Shown here piece after piece: positions 30,562 through 40,301 of a DNA stretch of 64,000 nucleotides (position 1 is its first letter; each line of letters opens with the position of its first letter). The notes under the pieces are model-generated. The model had not been told where the DNA came from and made no database searches. It was given only the letters and a program-made list of their open reading frames with translations. Source of the stretch: an uncultured delta proteobacterium (lineage in GTDB: Bacteria > Desulfobacterota > Desulfobacteria > Desulfobacterales > JAHEIW01); NCBI GenBank assembly GCA_963706575.1, contig CAVPNL010000013.1:32001-96000 (forward strand), given 5' to 3'. The translations under genes were made by a program, and so were the position numbers.

Positions 30562-30866
30562 GATCATAGCACGCCTGTATTGCCGACGCATGCGCACGAT
30601 ATTTGTTCTTGATTACCGCAAAATTCAGATGATAAAACAAATTAAATTCTCTTATTCGGTTATGCAGAAAGCCCAAGTTAAGCTCTTTCAACCACGAAGC
30701 GCACGAAGGACACGAAAAGGGATTTTAAATTTATTCTATCCTACCTTCGTGATCTTCGTGGTGAGATAACTATCGGAGGTATTCAACTGGAGATTTCCAG
30801 ATAACCACATTCTCTTATTTTTCGAAAATATTTGTTTGGGTTATCAATTAGAAAGGTTAAGTTGCT

Positions 30867-31583
30867 ATGCCTGAAATCCGAATTGATCCTAAAATATTTG
30901 AGGATTATCCCTCTTTCCGGCGCGGGATTGTCATCGCCGGAAAAATGGATAATCAGGGTCACTCCAGCGAAATAGAGGACCTCCTGAACCGCTCAATCGC
31001 CCAGGCTGCCCAACAACCCATTGACCTTAAAGCTGACGCGCGCACAACGGTCTGGAGTGATGCGCACCACCGCTTTGGTTCAAATCCGAATAAATTCCCG
31101 CCGGCGCATTGTGCCCTATTAAAGCGTGTTCAAAAACCGGGTGCCGCAATACCGTTTATCAACAAAGTGGTGGCGATTATGAACATCAATTCGATTCAGG
31201 ATGTAACACCGGTGGGTGGAGATGACGTTGTTCGGGCCAATGGTAGCCTGGAACTGCGATATGCGGACGGCAGCGAGAACTTTACTCCGCTGGGCCGCCC
31301 CGATAGTAGCGAGCACCCCGTTGCCGGGGAAGTTATCTATCTGGTACCCGAATCAAACGAGGTGATGTGCCGGCGCTGGAACTGGCGTAATGGGCATCAC
31401 ACCCGTATTGCCGAAGATACCCGGTCAATCGTCATGAATATCGACAGCCTCGGAGAGGACAGTGAAAGACGGGCGATTGCGACCCGCGACCGGGTGGCAC
31501 AGATGCTTGAGGCCTACTGTCAGGCTAAAGTTGCCACAACACTGCTTGCTCCTGAAAAGCCGAGCTACTCATTTAATCTATAA
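30867..31583 (+). CDS. Stand-alone B3/B4 domain protein (PheRS-beta editing-like)
   Basis: W..AH..FG.NP.KFPP...ALLKR, IN.VV.I.N, CRRWNWR. Confidence 0.88.
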   Translation: MPEIRIDPKIFEDYPSFRRGIVIAGKMDNQGHSSEIEDLLNRSIAQAAQQPIDLKADARTTVWSDAHHRFGSNPNKFPPAHCALLKRVQKPGAAIPFINKVVAIMNINSIQDVTPVGGDDVVRANGSLELRYADGSENFTPLGRPDSSEHPVAGEVIYLVPESNEVMCRRWNWRNGHHTRIAEDTRSIVMNIDSLGEDSERRAIATRDRVAQMLEAYCQAKVATTLLAPEKPSYSFNL

Positions 31584-31599
31584 TTTGCAGGCAGTTGGA

Positions 31600-31626
31600 T
31601 CAAGTTTTTAAAAGAAGTGCCGATAT
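31600..31626 (+). promoter_or_regulatory. Sigma-28 (FliA)-type promoter
   Basis: TCAA-N15-GCCGATAT upstream of the PilZ gene. Confidence 0.65.
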
Positions 31627-31725
31627 CATTAAGGAATGTTTGCCAGAAGATACCTGGCTCACGGCCTTGGCCATGGGAAGCCGAACATATAAAATTCAAA
31701 CTTTAGTATGCACGGTATATGAGTA

Positions 31726-32328
31726 ATGGATGATAACCCCGAAAATAGAATCAATGCTCGTATCAAGTACAAGTCGCCGGTGACGATCGAAAATTTAAAA
31801 GCCGGCATCATTTATCAGGCCAGAATGCTCAATTTCAGCAAGTATGGATTGTATTTTGAGGCCGACAGTTTGCTGGGTCTTGGCGATGAGGTTTTTATCG
31901 GTATTGAATATTCGCCATATGCTGATTCGCAGGATACTTACGAGTGTGTGCGGGCAAAAATCATGTGGCGCCGGGAATTGCCGACTTCCTTTTTTAAATA
32001 TGGTTATGGTGTTAAATACAGCATTGATTATGATAAGCAAAAATTGCGAAACGGCAGTTTGAAAATCGTAGAGGATCAAAGAAAGCACGTCCGAAAACGT
32101 TATTCCAAGCACATCATTTTTTCTACCCGGAATAAAATTCTCAGTGGAATTACCAAAGACATCAGCCCTTCCGGCGTATTTATCGAAACCCAGGACCGTT
32201 TAGAAGTGGGACAGACCGTCACGCTCGTTGTCCCATTAAAAAATGATCGAAAAGCCAAAATAAAGAGTGAGATCATCTGGGCCGGCCCGGAAGGTTTCGG
32301 GGTAAAATTTTTGCAAATTAAAAAATAG
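31726..32328 (+). CDS. Tandem PilZ-domain (c-di-GMP binding) protein
   Basis: RINAR...NFSKYG and RKHVR...DISPSG (RxxxR plus D/NxSxxG twice). Confidence 0.88.
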   Translation: MDDNPENRINARIKYKSPVTIENLKAGIIYQARMLNFSKYGLYFEADSLLGLGDEVFIGIEYSPYADSQDTYECVRAKIMWRRELPTSFFKYGYGVKYSIDYDKQKLRNGSLKIVEDQRKHVRKRYSKHIIFSTRNKILSGITKDISPSGVFIETQDRLEVGQTVTLVVPLKNDRKAKIKSEIIWAGPEGFGVKFLQIKK

Positions 32329-32469
32329 GCGTCCACCGATTCCCCATTTCCCATTTCCCATAACGTTACATTTACTTAACTTTTCAATTGTTGTAGGATG
32401 CCATGGTGACATCATCACCGTATCCCTTTTGCGCATTCTTTGAGGTCAACAATAAATTAGGAGGGTAAA

Positions 32470-33060
32470 ATGACCGCAGTAATTATTATCGGGGGCATCA
32501 TTCTTTTGGCAATTATAATTGTAGCTGCTATTTACAACAGCCTGATTACACTTCGAAACCGCTACAAAAATTCTTTTTCGCAAATCGATGTCCAGCTCAA
32601 ACGCCGCTATGACCTGATCCCCAATCTGGTTGAAACGGCCAAAGGTTATATGAAGCATGAACGCGAAACCCTGGAGGCCGTCATCAACGCCAGAAACAGC
32701 GCCTTGAGTGCCAGCCAGAAAGCATCCGGAAATCCCGGAGATCCGGCTGCCATGAAAGACCTGGCCAGTGCCGAGACCTTACTGACAGGGACGTTAGGCC
32801 GCCTGTTTGCGCTCGCTGAAAATTATCCTGATTTGAAAGCCAATGAAAACATGCTGCAGCTGCAGGAAGAGTTAACGTCGACTGAAAACCGGGTTGCCTT
32901 CGCACGTCAGGCCTTTAACGACGCAGTGACCGCTTACAATATTGCCTGCGAAAAATTTCCCCATACGATCATCGCGGGCATGTTTAATTTTTCACCGGCT
33001 CAATTGCTGGAATCCACCGAAGCTCCCGAAGAAAGAAAAGCACCTAAAGTTTCCTTTTAA
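32470..33060 (+). CDS. lemA: LemA family protein
   Basis: N-terminal TM; IDVQLKRRYDLIPNLV, ENYPDLKAN, ENRVAFARQ. Confidence 0.95.
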   Translation: MTAVIIIGGIILLAIIIVAAIYNSLITLRNRYKNSFSQIDVQLKRRYDLIPNLVETAKGYMKHERETLEAVINARNSALSASQKASGNPGDPAAMKDLASAETLLTGTLGRLFALAENYPDLKANENMLQLQEELTSTENRVAFARQAFNDAVTAYNIACEKFPHTIIAGMFNFSPAQLLESTEAPEERKAPKVSF

Positions 33061-33132
33061 GAATTATAAAAAAAGTATTTAACACTCGATGGCAGAGTTC
33101 TATTCCTAATATAATTGCTCACAACAATAAGT

Positions 33133-33262
33133 GAGCTAAAATTAAAAATGAGCTAAAATGCCTAAAGTTATGGTTTCGCTGCGCTCCGCCTTTTATTATA
33201 TAAATGATAGAATGCCTCAATTTTAGGCATTTTAGCTCATTTTAGGCATTTTAGGCATTTCT
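33133..33262. repeat. Inverted arrays of GCCTAAAAT/GAGCTAAAAT-type periodic units
   Basis: TGAGCTAAAATGCCTAAAGT ... TTTTAGGCATTTAGCTCATTTTAGGCATTTTAGGCATTT; related arm at 51870-51912. Confidence 0.75.
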
Positions 33263-33332
33263 AACTTTTGAACACCTTTTGTACTTTTTTTCTCCGCTCT
33301 CGAAGAGAAGCTGCTAACTTTGAATTAGAGCA

Positions 33333-35246
33333 ATGGATTTTTTTAAAGAACAGGATAAATCACGAACAAAAACCACCCAGTTAATCGGTTTATTTATCCT
33401 GGCCGTTGTGGCTGTCGTATTGGCGGTTTACGTGATTGCCGTCATGGTTTTGTTTTTTTACGGCGCCCGCCAGCCGGGTTTCAACCCGAACAACTTTCAC
33501 TGGATCCAGCCCCGTTTGGGATTCTGGGTGGTCAGCGTCACCCTGCTGATTATTTTTATCTCAAGCGCAGCTAAAATTATCGCCTTGGCGAAAGGCGGCA
33601 GCGCCGTTGCTGAAAACCTGGGCGGAAGACTCATCAATGCGTCTGCCACCGATCGTGATGAACGCAGGCTGATAAACGTTGTCGAAGAAATGTCGCTTGC
33701 TGCCGGTGTCCCTGTGCCTCAAGTTTATATCCTTGACCGCGAAAAAGGCATCAACGCCTTTGCTGCCGGCTACTCGCCCAATGATGCGGCGGTGGCCGTT
33801 ACCCGCGGATGTTTAACCCAACTGAGCCGTAATGAGCTTCAAGGCGTCATTGCCCATGAATTCAGCCATATCCTAAACGGTGATATGCGCTTAAATATTC
33901 GCCTGATCGGTTTTCTTAGCGGAATTATGGTACTTGCCCAGATTGGATATCTTATTCTGCGATCCAGATCCAGCAGCCGAAAAAGCGGGGCCCAGATTGT
34001 TGTGGTGGGATTGGGCCTGCTGATCATCGGATTTGTGGGTCAATTATTCGGCAGGATGATCCAGGCAGCGGTATCGCGTCAGAGAGAATTTTTCGCGGAT
34101 GCCTCATCGGTGCAATTCACGCGAAATCCCAGGGGAATTGCAGAGGCGCTAAAAAAAATCGGCGGATTTATGACGGGATCCAGAATTGAATCACCCAACG
34201 CCGGAGAGATCTGTCATATGTTCTTTGGTAAAGCCATTCGAACATTGTTTGCCACCCACCCGCCATTAACCGACAGAATTTATCGACTGCAACCCGATTT
34301 CAACGGCCAGTTTATCCCGCTGGCGATTTCGGATGAAGAACCTGCGTCGCTGGCGTCTGAGCCCCCAAAATCTGAGTTGGATGCAGCCATGCAGCCTGTA
34401 GCAGGATTTGTGATCGGCGCCGACTCCGTTATCAAGCGACCGGGAAATATAACGCCGCAAAATCTTAACCGCAGCCGGCAGCTTTTGGCCGCAATCCCGG
34501 AACCGGTCAAAAACGAACTCAGCGACACCCTGGGGTCAATCTGCGTCACCTGCGCCCTATTATTGGAAAAGGATTCGACCTTAAAAGCAAGGCAGATCAA
34601 AAGCCTGCACAAAGTTGCGCCTGAGGACGTAATTCGGCATATTTTGCTCCTCGAAAACGAATTGAAAGATATCAATCCCCAGTTGCGGCTTCCCATCCTG
34701 GATCTTGCCATGCCGGTTTTACGACAGATGTCCGCCCGTCAGTATGCAAAATTCCATGAGCTTGTTCAAATCCTCGCGGAGGCCGACGCCAAACTCTCTC
34801 TTTTTGAATTTGCGCTGCTGGAAATCATCACGCATCGGCTGGGAGCGACCTTCAGACGTCATAAAAGGGAAGTGATTTATAAAAACATCGAGTCACTCGC
34901 AGGTGATGCCGTCAATATCCTTTCAAAGCTGGCCCACGTGGGGCATCCCGCAGAGGTTGCAGCCCAGGCCGCTTTTAATTCCGGATGGTCGAAATTGCAT
35001 ATCAGCGCTTCAACTCGGGACTGGGACATGCTGCCGGCCGGCAAGGTGTCGTTTAGCGTGCTGCGGGTGGCCCTGAAACGGTTTTCGCATGCCACCCCGG
35101 GGGTTAAAAAAGCCATCCTGGATGCCTGTGCCCACTGCGTGCTGCATGACAAAAAGGTGACGGTCGAAGAGGCGGAGCTTTTGCGCGCCGTTGCCTATAC
35201 GTTAGACATACCGCTACCACCATTTCTCGAAGCCTTTGGTGAATAA
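33333..35246 (+). CDS. M48 family (HtpX-like) zinc metallopeptidase with C-terminal extension
   Basis: NVVEEM, INAFAAG, HEFSH, SRQREFFADA, THPP; follows lemA. Confidence 0.92.
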   Translation: MDFFKEQDKSRTKTTQLIGLFILAVVAVVLAVYVIAVMVLFFYGARQPGFNPNNFHWIQPRLGFWVVSVTLLIIFISSAAKIIALAKGGSAVAENLGGRLINASATDRDERRLINVVEEMSLAAGVPVPQVYILDREKGINAFAAGYSPNDAAVAVTRGCLTQLSRNELQGVIAHEFSHILNGDMRLNIRLIGFLSGIMVLAQIGYLILRSRSSSRKSGAQIVVVGLGLLIIGFVGQLFGRMIQAAVSRQREFFADASSVQFTRNPRGIAEALKKIGGFMTGSRIESPNAGEICHMFFGKAIRTLFATHPPLTDRIYRLQPDFNGQFIPLAISDEEPASLASEPPKSELDAAMQPVAGFVIGADSVIKRPGNITPQNLNRSRQLLAAIPEPVKNELSDTLGSICVTCALLLEKDSTLKARQIKSLHKVAPEDVIRHILLLENELKDINPQLRLPILDLAMPVLRQMSARQYAKFHELVQILAEADAKLSLFEFALLEIITHRLGATFRRHKREVIYKNIESLAGDAVNILSKLAHVGHPAEVAAQAAFNSGWSKLHISASTRDWDMLPAGKVSFSVLRVALKRFSHATPGVKKAILDACAHCVLHDKKVTVEEAELLRAVAYTLDIPLPPFLEAFGE

Positions 35247-35305
35247 ACCCGATTGCAGAAAAAATTAGTTGTAAGCGCAATAAAAAAATTGGCTACTTCT
35301 CGTGT

Positions 35306-35863
35306 TCAGGGCGGTTCGGTAGCGGATAAGATGCGGCGCGCGGTCCAATAGTATTTTCCCCAGTAGGTTGGGTCGATTTTCGAAAGCGTCACACCTTTGT
35401 TTTTGGAGGCGTGCACAAATTCGGATTCGCCTAAATAAATCCCGACGTGACGCGGATAAGTCGGCGGTTTAAAAAACACCAGATCTCCGGCCTGCAGTTC
35501 CTTAAAGGGTATCGGCCGCCCCTGCCTTGCCTGCGTTTTAGTGGTCCGCGGCAAATCAACCTTAAAAACATCTTTATAAACCGCTTTCACAAAGCCGGAA
35601 CAATCGATCCCCCGGCTGCCGGTCCCCCCCAGGTGATGCCGGGTTCCCTTCCATCTACCATATTCCTGGCGCAGGCGTTTCTCGATCTCAGCATCATTAA
35701 AATGCGATTTGACGGCTGGAGGATGCGTGGTTCCTGTGGTTGTCACGCGAGACTGTTTTGGGGATGTCGCACACGCCGAAATCAGAAAAAATACTGCCAG
35801 GACAATCAATCCATGAAAGCTTAAAGATTTATAACTGCAACAGATTTTAAACGCGCGTTCCAT
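35306..35863 (-). CDS. NlpC/P60 family cell-wall endopeptidase lipoprotein
   Basis: Lipobox ISAC; GIDCSGF, LPRT, GDLVFF, HVGIY, HAS. Confidence 0.93.
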   Translation of the reverse strand: MERAFKICCSYKSLSFHGLIVLAVFFLISACATSPKQSRVTTTGTTHPPAVKSHFNDAEIEKRLRQEYGRWKGTRHHLGGTGSRGIDCSGFVKAVYKDVFKVDLPRTTKTQARQGRPIPFKELQAGDLVFFKPPTYPRHVGIYLGESEFVHASKNKGVTLSKIDPTYWGKYYWTARRILSATEPP

Positions 35864-36141
35864 TTTTTGTTCCCTATTTTACAATCGCTAAATATGTTTA
35901 TTAATAAATGAGAGCTTTCTATGGTTACAGATCGGCTAAAATCCCGATTTCTTGAGTTTTAGCAAAGCATGTGCCTGCACTAAGCCGCACAAATTCGTGC
36001 CTATGTTTATTGGAGACGGCCAGTCGGTCTGTAAAGTCGACAGATCGATTCGATTTCAAAAAAAGGAGTGCGGAAAAGTTGCCTATGCAAAACCGTGTTT
36101 TACTATTAGAAGAGGTATTCAAATTTAATGGAGGAAAATCT

Positions 36142-36594
36142 ATGCGTACCATAATCATAGCTTTTATTTTGGTGATCGTATCTGCTCTGTCGCTATCAGC
36201 GGAACCCGGCCTAATCAGCTTAAAAAGTTCGCATGACGTCAGAAATACAGCCGATCGTCTGGAAACGGTTTTAAAAGAAAAAGGGATGACCGTATTTTTG
36301 CGGATCAATCATAGCGAAGGTGCCCGCAAGGTGGGTGAAAAATTGCGGCCGACGCAATTGGTGATATTCGGTAATCCGAAAGTCGGTACGCCCCTGATGC
36401 AATGCAGCCAGACGGTGGCAATAGACCTTCCGCAAAAGGCACTCATCTGGCAGGATGAAAGCGGGCAGGTATGGCTGACCTACAATGATCCCCAATACCT
36501 GGCGGCACGTCACGGAATCGATGGCTGCCAGGCGGTAGTCGTGAAGGTGCAAACCGCACTTAAAAATTTTACCCAGGCCGCCACGCAGCCTTAA
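36142..36594 (+). CDS. DUF302 domain protein
   Basis: RBS GGAGG; signal peptide; IFGNPKVGTPLMQ, IDLPQKALIW. Confidence 0.9.
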   Translation: MRTIIIAFILVIVSALSLSAEPGLISLKSSHDVRNTADRLETVLKEKGMTVFLRINHSEGARKVGEKLRPTQLVIFGNPKVGTPLMQCSQTVAIDLPQKALIWQDESGQVWLTYNDPQYLAARHGIDGCQAVVVKVQTALKNFTQAATQP

Positions 36595-36614
36595 ACCGCC
36601 GAAGGAAATCATCT

Positions 36615-37394
36615 ATGTTCGATTGCGCCTACCTGATTGAAATCCTAACCCCCCTGAGATCCGATCAAGAAAACGTCAAAGAAAATATGGGGCGTTTTGC
36701 CGGGCGTTACCGCCGCATTATGGATTCAGGCTGCGGGGTGTCTATTCCGGACAATCCCATGGGCCGGCCGCGCTATAATGCCCTGGAAGCAATCGATAGT
36801 TGCGGCCTCTCGATCGATCCGCAAAGAATGGTAATAAACCTAAATACGTTCCACACCAAAGACGAACTGGATGGTGTGCTCAGCAGGGCCTCATCAATGG
36901 GTGTCAAATATCTTCTGATTATCCGGGGTGATGGTGGACCGGACTTGGCAAAGCTCAATCCCCAGAGCATTGGCGGGCAAAAGACCATCGCAACATCCAT
37001 TGACCTGATCCGCTACATCAACACAGGGTATGCGGATAGCTTTATCACCGGTGCGGCCTTCAACCCGTATAATCCGATCGATTTTGAAACCCGGCGGTTG
37101 CAACAAAAGATGGCAGCGGGCGCCAAATTTATCATCACCCAACCGATCATCGGCCAGGATCCCCATGTGGATGCACTTCAAAATTTGGGTATCCCCGTTG
37201 TCATCGAAGCCTGGATGTCAAAGAATATCGATCTTCTGTATAAGAGTGTTCGAAAACAGAAAGATGCGTCATCCGAGGTGTATGATCCCGCACAAAACCT
37301 AAAAGTTCTGCACGACGCCTACCCGCAAAACTGTGTGTATCTTTCGATGCTCAGCTTTAAACAGGACTGGAAGCATCTCCTGCCGAAGTTATAG
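36615..37394 (+). CDS. Methylenetetrahydrofolate reductase (MetF)-like flavoprotein
   Basis: IEILTP, SIPDNPMG, LIIRGDG, AFNPY, K.AAGAKFIITQP. Confidence 0.75.
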   Translation: MFDCAYLIEILTPLRSDQENVKENMGRFAGRYRRIMDSGCGVSIPDNPMGRPRYNALEAIDSCGLSIDPQRMVINLNTFHTKDELDGVLSRASSMGVKYLLIIRGDGGPDLAKLNPQSIGGQKTIATSIDLIRYINTGYADSFITGAAFNPYNPIDFETRRLQQKMAAGAKFIITQPIIGQDPHVDALQNLGIPVVIEAWMSKNIDLLYKSVRKQKDASSEVYDPAQNLKVLHDAYPQNCVYLSMLSFKQDWKHLLPKL

Positions 37395-37570
37395 AAGCGG
37401 TTGCCGGTTGTCTGAGTGTAAAAATTCTGAATTTCAACTTACCCTTCCAAGCTCGAAACTTCAAAGGCTCGCTTGATTCCCGATGATCAATCGTTATCAT
37501 ATTAGAAGGATAGGTTTCAGACATTGTATGCAGGACACATCGTTTTAGAAGCGCATGAAATGGAGATGAT

Positions 37571-37828
37571 ATGTTGAATCAAACAGAATCAGTGAAATCC
37601 CGAATTGATCCGGTGTGCGGCATGTCCGTAAATCCCGGGACGACAAAAATAATAGCGACCATCGAAGGACGGCAGTATTATTTCTGCGCGGAAGGCTGCC
37701 GCAAGGCATTTGAGGAAAACCCTGGAAAATATATCGAGCCGGAATGTGCAAAACCCAAAAGCTGGTGGGGGCGCTATATGGCCAAACTTCAGAAAGCCAC
37801 TGGCGGCAAGCCGATGAAATGCCACTGA
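37571..37828 (+). CDS. YHS domain protein
   Basis: DPVCGMSV, YYFCAEGC..F..NP..Y. Confidence 0.9.
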   Translation: MLNQTESVKSRIDPVCGMSVNPGTTKIIATIEGRQYYFCAEGCRKAFEENPGKYIEPECAKPKSWWGRYMAKLQKATGGKPMKCH

Positions 37829-37901
37829 TCCTTATTTTCAAAAAGCGCCGCTCAAACGACCGAGCCGGATAAACACAGCCCCTCAGCCGGTAGCAGGATG
37901 G

Positions 37902-38474
37902 TTAACGGGAATTGCCGGTATCATATTGGTTGAGAAGTTTCTGGACCCCTTTGAAATACGGCAAATGCGGACGCATGTATTTGAAAAATATACGGCAAAG
38001 GATGTATATTGGAATGAAGGTGAAGATATATCCTACCGACTTTCCGAAAATCAGCGACAGCGGAAATGCCAGATCAAACTGCACCTCGGAAAATCTCGTC
38101 TGCATCCACCCCAGTGCAAATGGTATGGGCCACAGGATCCCGGCGGAATAGGCCACCATCGTAAAGAAGTGCTTTCCCCAGACATCGGTCGCCTGCTTGT
38201 TTAAAGATTTGTAACCGTCTTTGTCCCCGGCACGGTAAGCCGCTATGGAAAGCATCTCCTTTTCCTTCATTTCCTTGGACATGGAATCCAAATAACGCTT
38301 GTTGAACCGGATGGCCAGGGAAATGCTCAACTCGCCGATGACAATGCAAATAAACGCAAGGATCGTGGTGCCGATGAAATAGTCGATAAGGCCATAACCC
38401 GAGATTCGGTAAAAGGTGATCAAAAAGCTGTCCGCCTGCAGGGCAAGCGTATCAAAAAGGCCGTAGATATCCAT
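37902..38474 (-). CDS. Hypothetical membrane protein downstream of the TauE gene
   Basis: Hydrophobic segments around a coiled region; LWPIPFALGWMQ.RF; start set at MDIYG (38474). Confidence 0.7.
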   Translation of the reverse strand: MDIYGLFDTLALQADSFLITFYRISGYGLIDYFIGTTILAFICIVIGELSISLAIRFNKRYLDSMSKEMKEKEMLSIAAYRAGDKDGYKSLNKQATDVWGKHFFTMVAYSAGILWPIPFALGWMQTRFSEVQFDLAFPLSLIFGKSVGYIFTFIPIYILCRIFFKYMRPHLPYFKGVQKLLNQYDTGNSR

Positions 38475-38648
38475 GAATATCTTTTGGTTAAAGTTGCTGC
38501 CCTTCTTCGCCCCAATGTTCCCAATTTGCAAAAGAGCGCTTTACCTTAACATTTCAGCGGATGGGGGATTAACCTGCGGCTGTTCGGGACCGAACTCAAA
38601 TAGATGTTCGGCCCCGAACCCGCTACACTCAGAGCGCCCGAGGGCCTA

Positions 38649-39792
38649 TCATAGCATTTGAATGCCGAAAAAGCCTCGCAGGGTGTATCTTAAGCCGATG
38701 TACAGCGCCAAAACGATGAATATCCCTTTTAAGACCTTGGCGGGTATGTACTTGCCGGTCCTCGGTCCGATCATGGAACCAATGAAGATGCCGATCAACT
38801 CCGCTCCGATCAGGGTCCAATGGACCACGACTCCCTTCAAGACCATGAAATTGAAGATGGCAAAAATCATACCGATCAACACCGAAAGCGCCGAAGTTCC
38901 CGCCACCACGAACATGGGCAGCCCGACCACGCTGGTCAGGAAGGGCACGTAGAGAAATCCGCCGCCGACACCCAAAAATGAGGCAATACAGGAAATAAAA
39001 AACCCACCGACGAAGGCCCATATCGGACTGAAGGTGAATTTTTGTCCGAAAAAGGAAAATTCGGTTTTGACTAAACTCCATTTCAGCGTTTTGATGCCCT
39101 GCTCGGTGATGTCCTTTTTTTCTTTGATGCTTGCTTCAAATGCCTTGGCCGCCTCCTGGGAGGATTTCTTTTTGGCCTGTCCCTTGGGGGTCATTTCGTA
39201 GATCATGAACCCGCCGATGACAAAAACGCACAGCCCGAACCAGCCCTGATATTGCGAGAAGCTGATTTTGCCCGCCGTGGTAAAAACCACCAGCAGGGTG
39301 GCAAAAAGGGCTCCAATCCCCATGAAAAAACCCAGGGCTGTGACCAGCCGTTTTTGCCGGGCGTAGTTGATGCTGGATACCAGGGCTGATAGGCCCACCA
39401 GCCACTGATTGGAAACCCGGATGCTGTCGGTAACAAGCTTGTTCAAACCCGGCGCAGACGCTTTAAAGGTCTTGGCATAGGTACCGAGTCCATAGATGGT
39501 CATGTGGCCGACGCCGGCCATGATTCCCCCAAAGGCGCCGACGGTGGAGAAAATCCAACCCACCCAGATGGCCCACAAAAGACCGATAATGGGATTCAGC
39601 TTCGGGGACCGCCCGGAATGCCCAGATAGCCCTTCTCCGCATCGGGATTGATCTGTCCTTTTTCGGTCCCCTGAGCTGCTTTGCGATCGCTTCCTCCACC
39701 GTCTCGGCTGAGGCATCACCGGCTAAAATAAATGGGACAGCTAATGTGAAAAGCAGCAAAATCGATCCGACAACCAAAATAGTTTTCCTCAT
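38649..39792 (-). CDS. Sulfite exporter TauE/SafE family protein (two frameshifts near 39605 and 39680)
   Basis: GWIFSTVGAFGGIMAGVGH, FLGVGGGFLYVP, VAGTSAL; N-terminus MRKTILVVG with RBS AAGGAGG, rejoined as AIAK-AAQGTEKGQINPDAEKGYLGIPGGP-KLNPII. Confidence 0.85.
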
Positions 39793-40301
39793 GTCCTCCC
39801 TCCTTAAAATGTGAATTGATCAGTTAGCCCTAAAGGCCTGTCTCATGCAGCTGTTTTGTATTTAAACACCATTACGATATGATTTGATATCAGCAGATTA
39901 ATAGTTCCCAGATTCGGAAGTCCTTAAAAATTGGATATTTTTGAATAATTAAAGTAAACTGAAGTTTAATTCATAAAGGCCTCATGTTCATATCAGTGCA
40001 ATAAAAACATTGCAATTTTATTTTTTTTCAGCATTGTTTACCATTCTTTTTGACTTAACTTTTTTCCCATTATCTAATATAACGTATCAAAATTATGAAT
40101 AGATTGCAGATCTTCTACCAGGAGCCGCAATCGGTGCTAAAACCGGTGCAAGCTGTTATAATTATTGCTGAAGCAGAATCAAATGGTAAAGTGCCGTTTT
40201 CGAAATGGGCACTATTCGGATCGCATCATATATTGCTTTTTGTTCAAGGATTTTGTAATGAGTCCAATTTGAAATTTTACTGCGGAGGAGAAATTAAAGT
40301 C

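Noticed and set aside
40060..40090. TATAACG as a ModE box upstream of the Mo operon
   Set aside because: Only a half-site in AT-rich DNA; no convincing dyad
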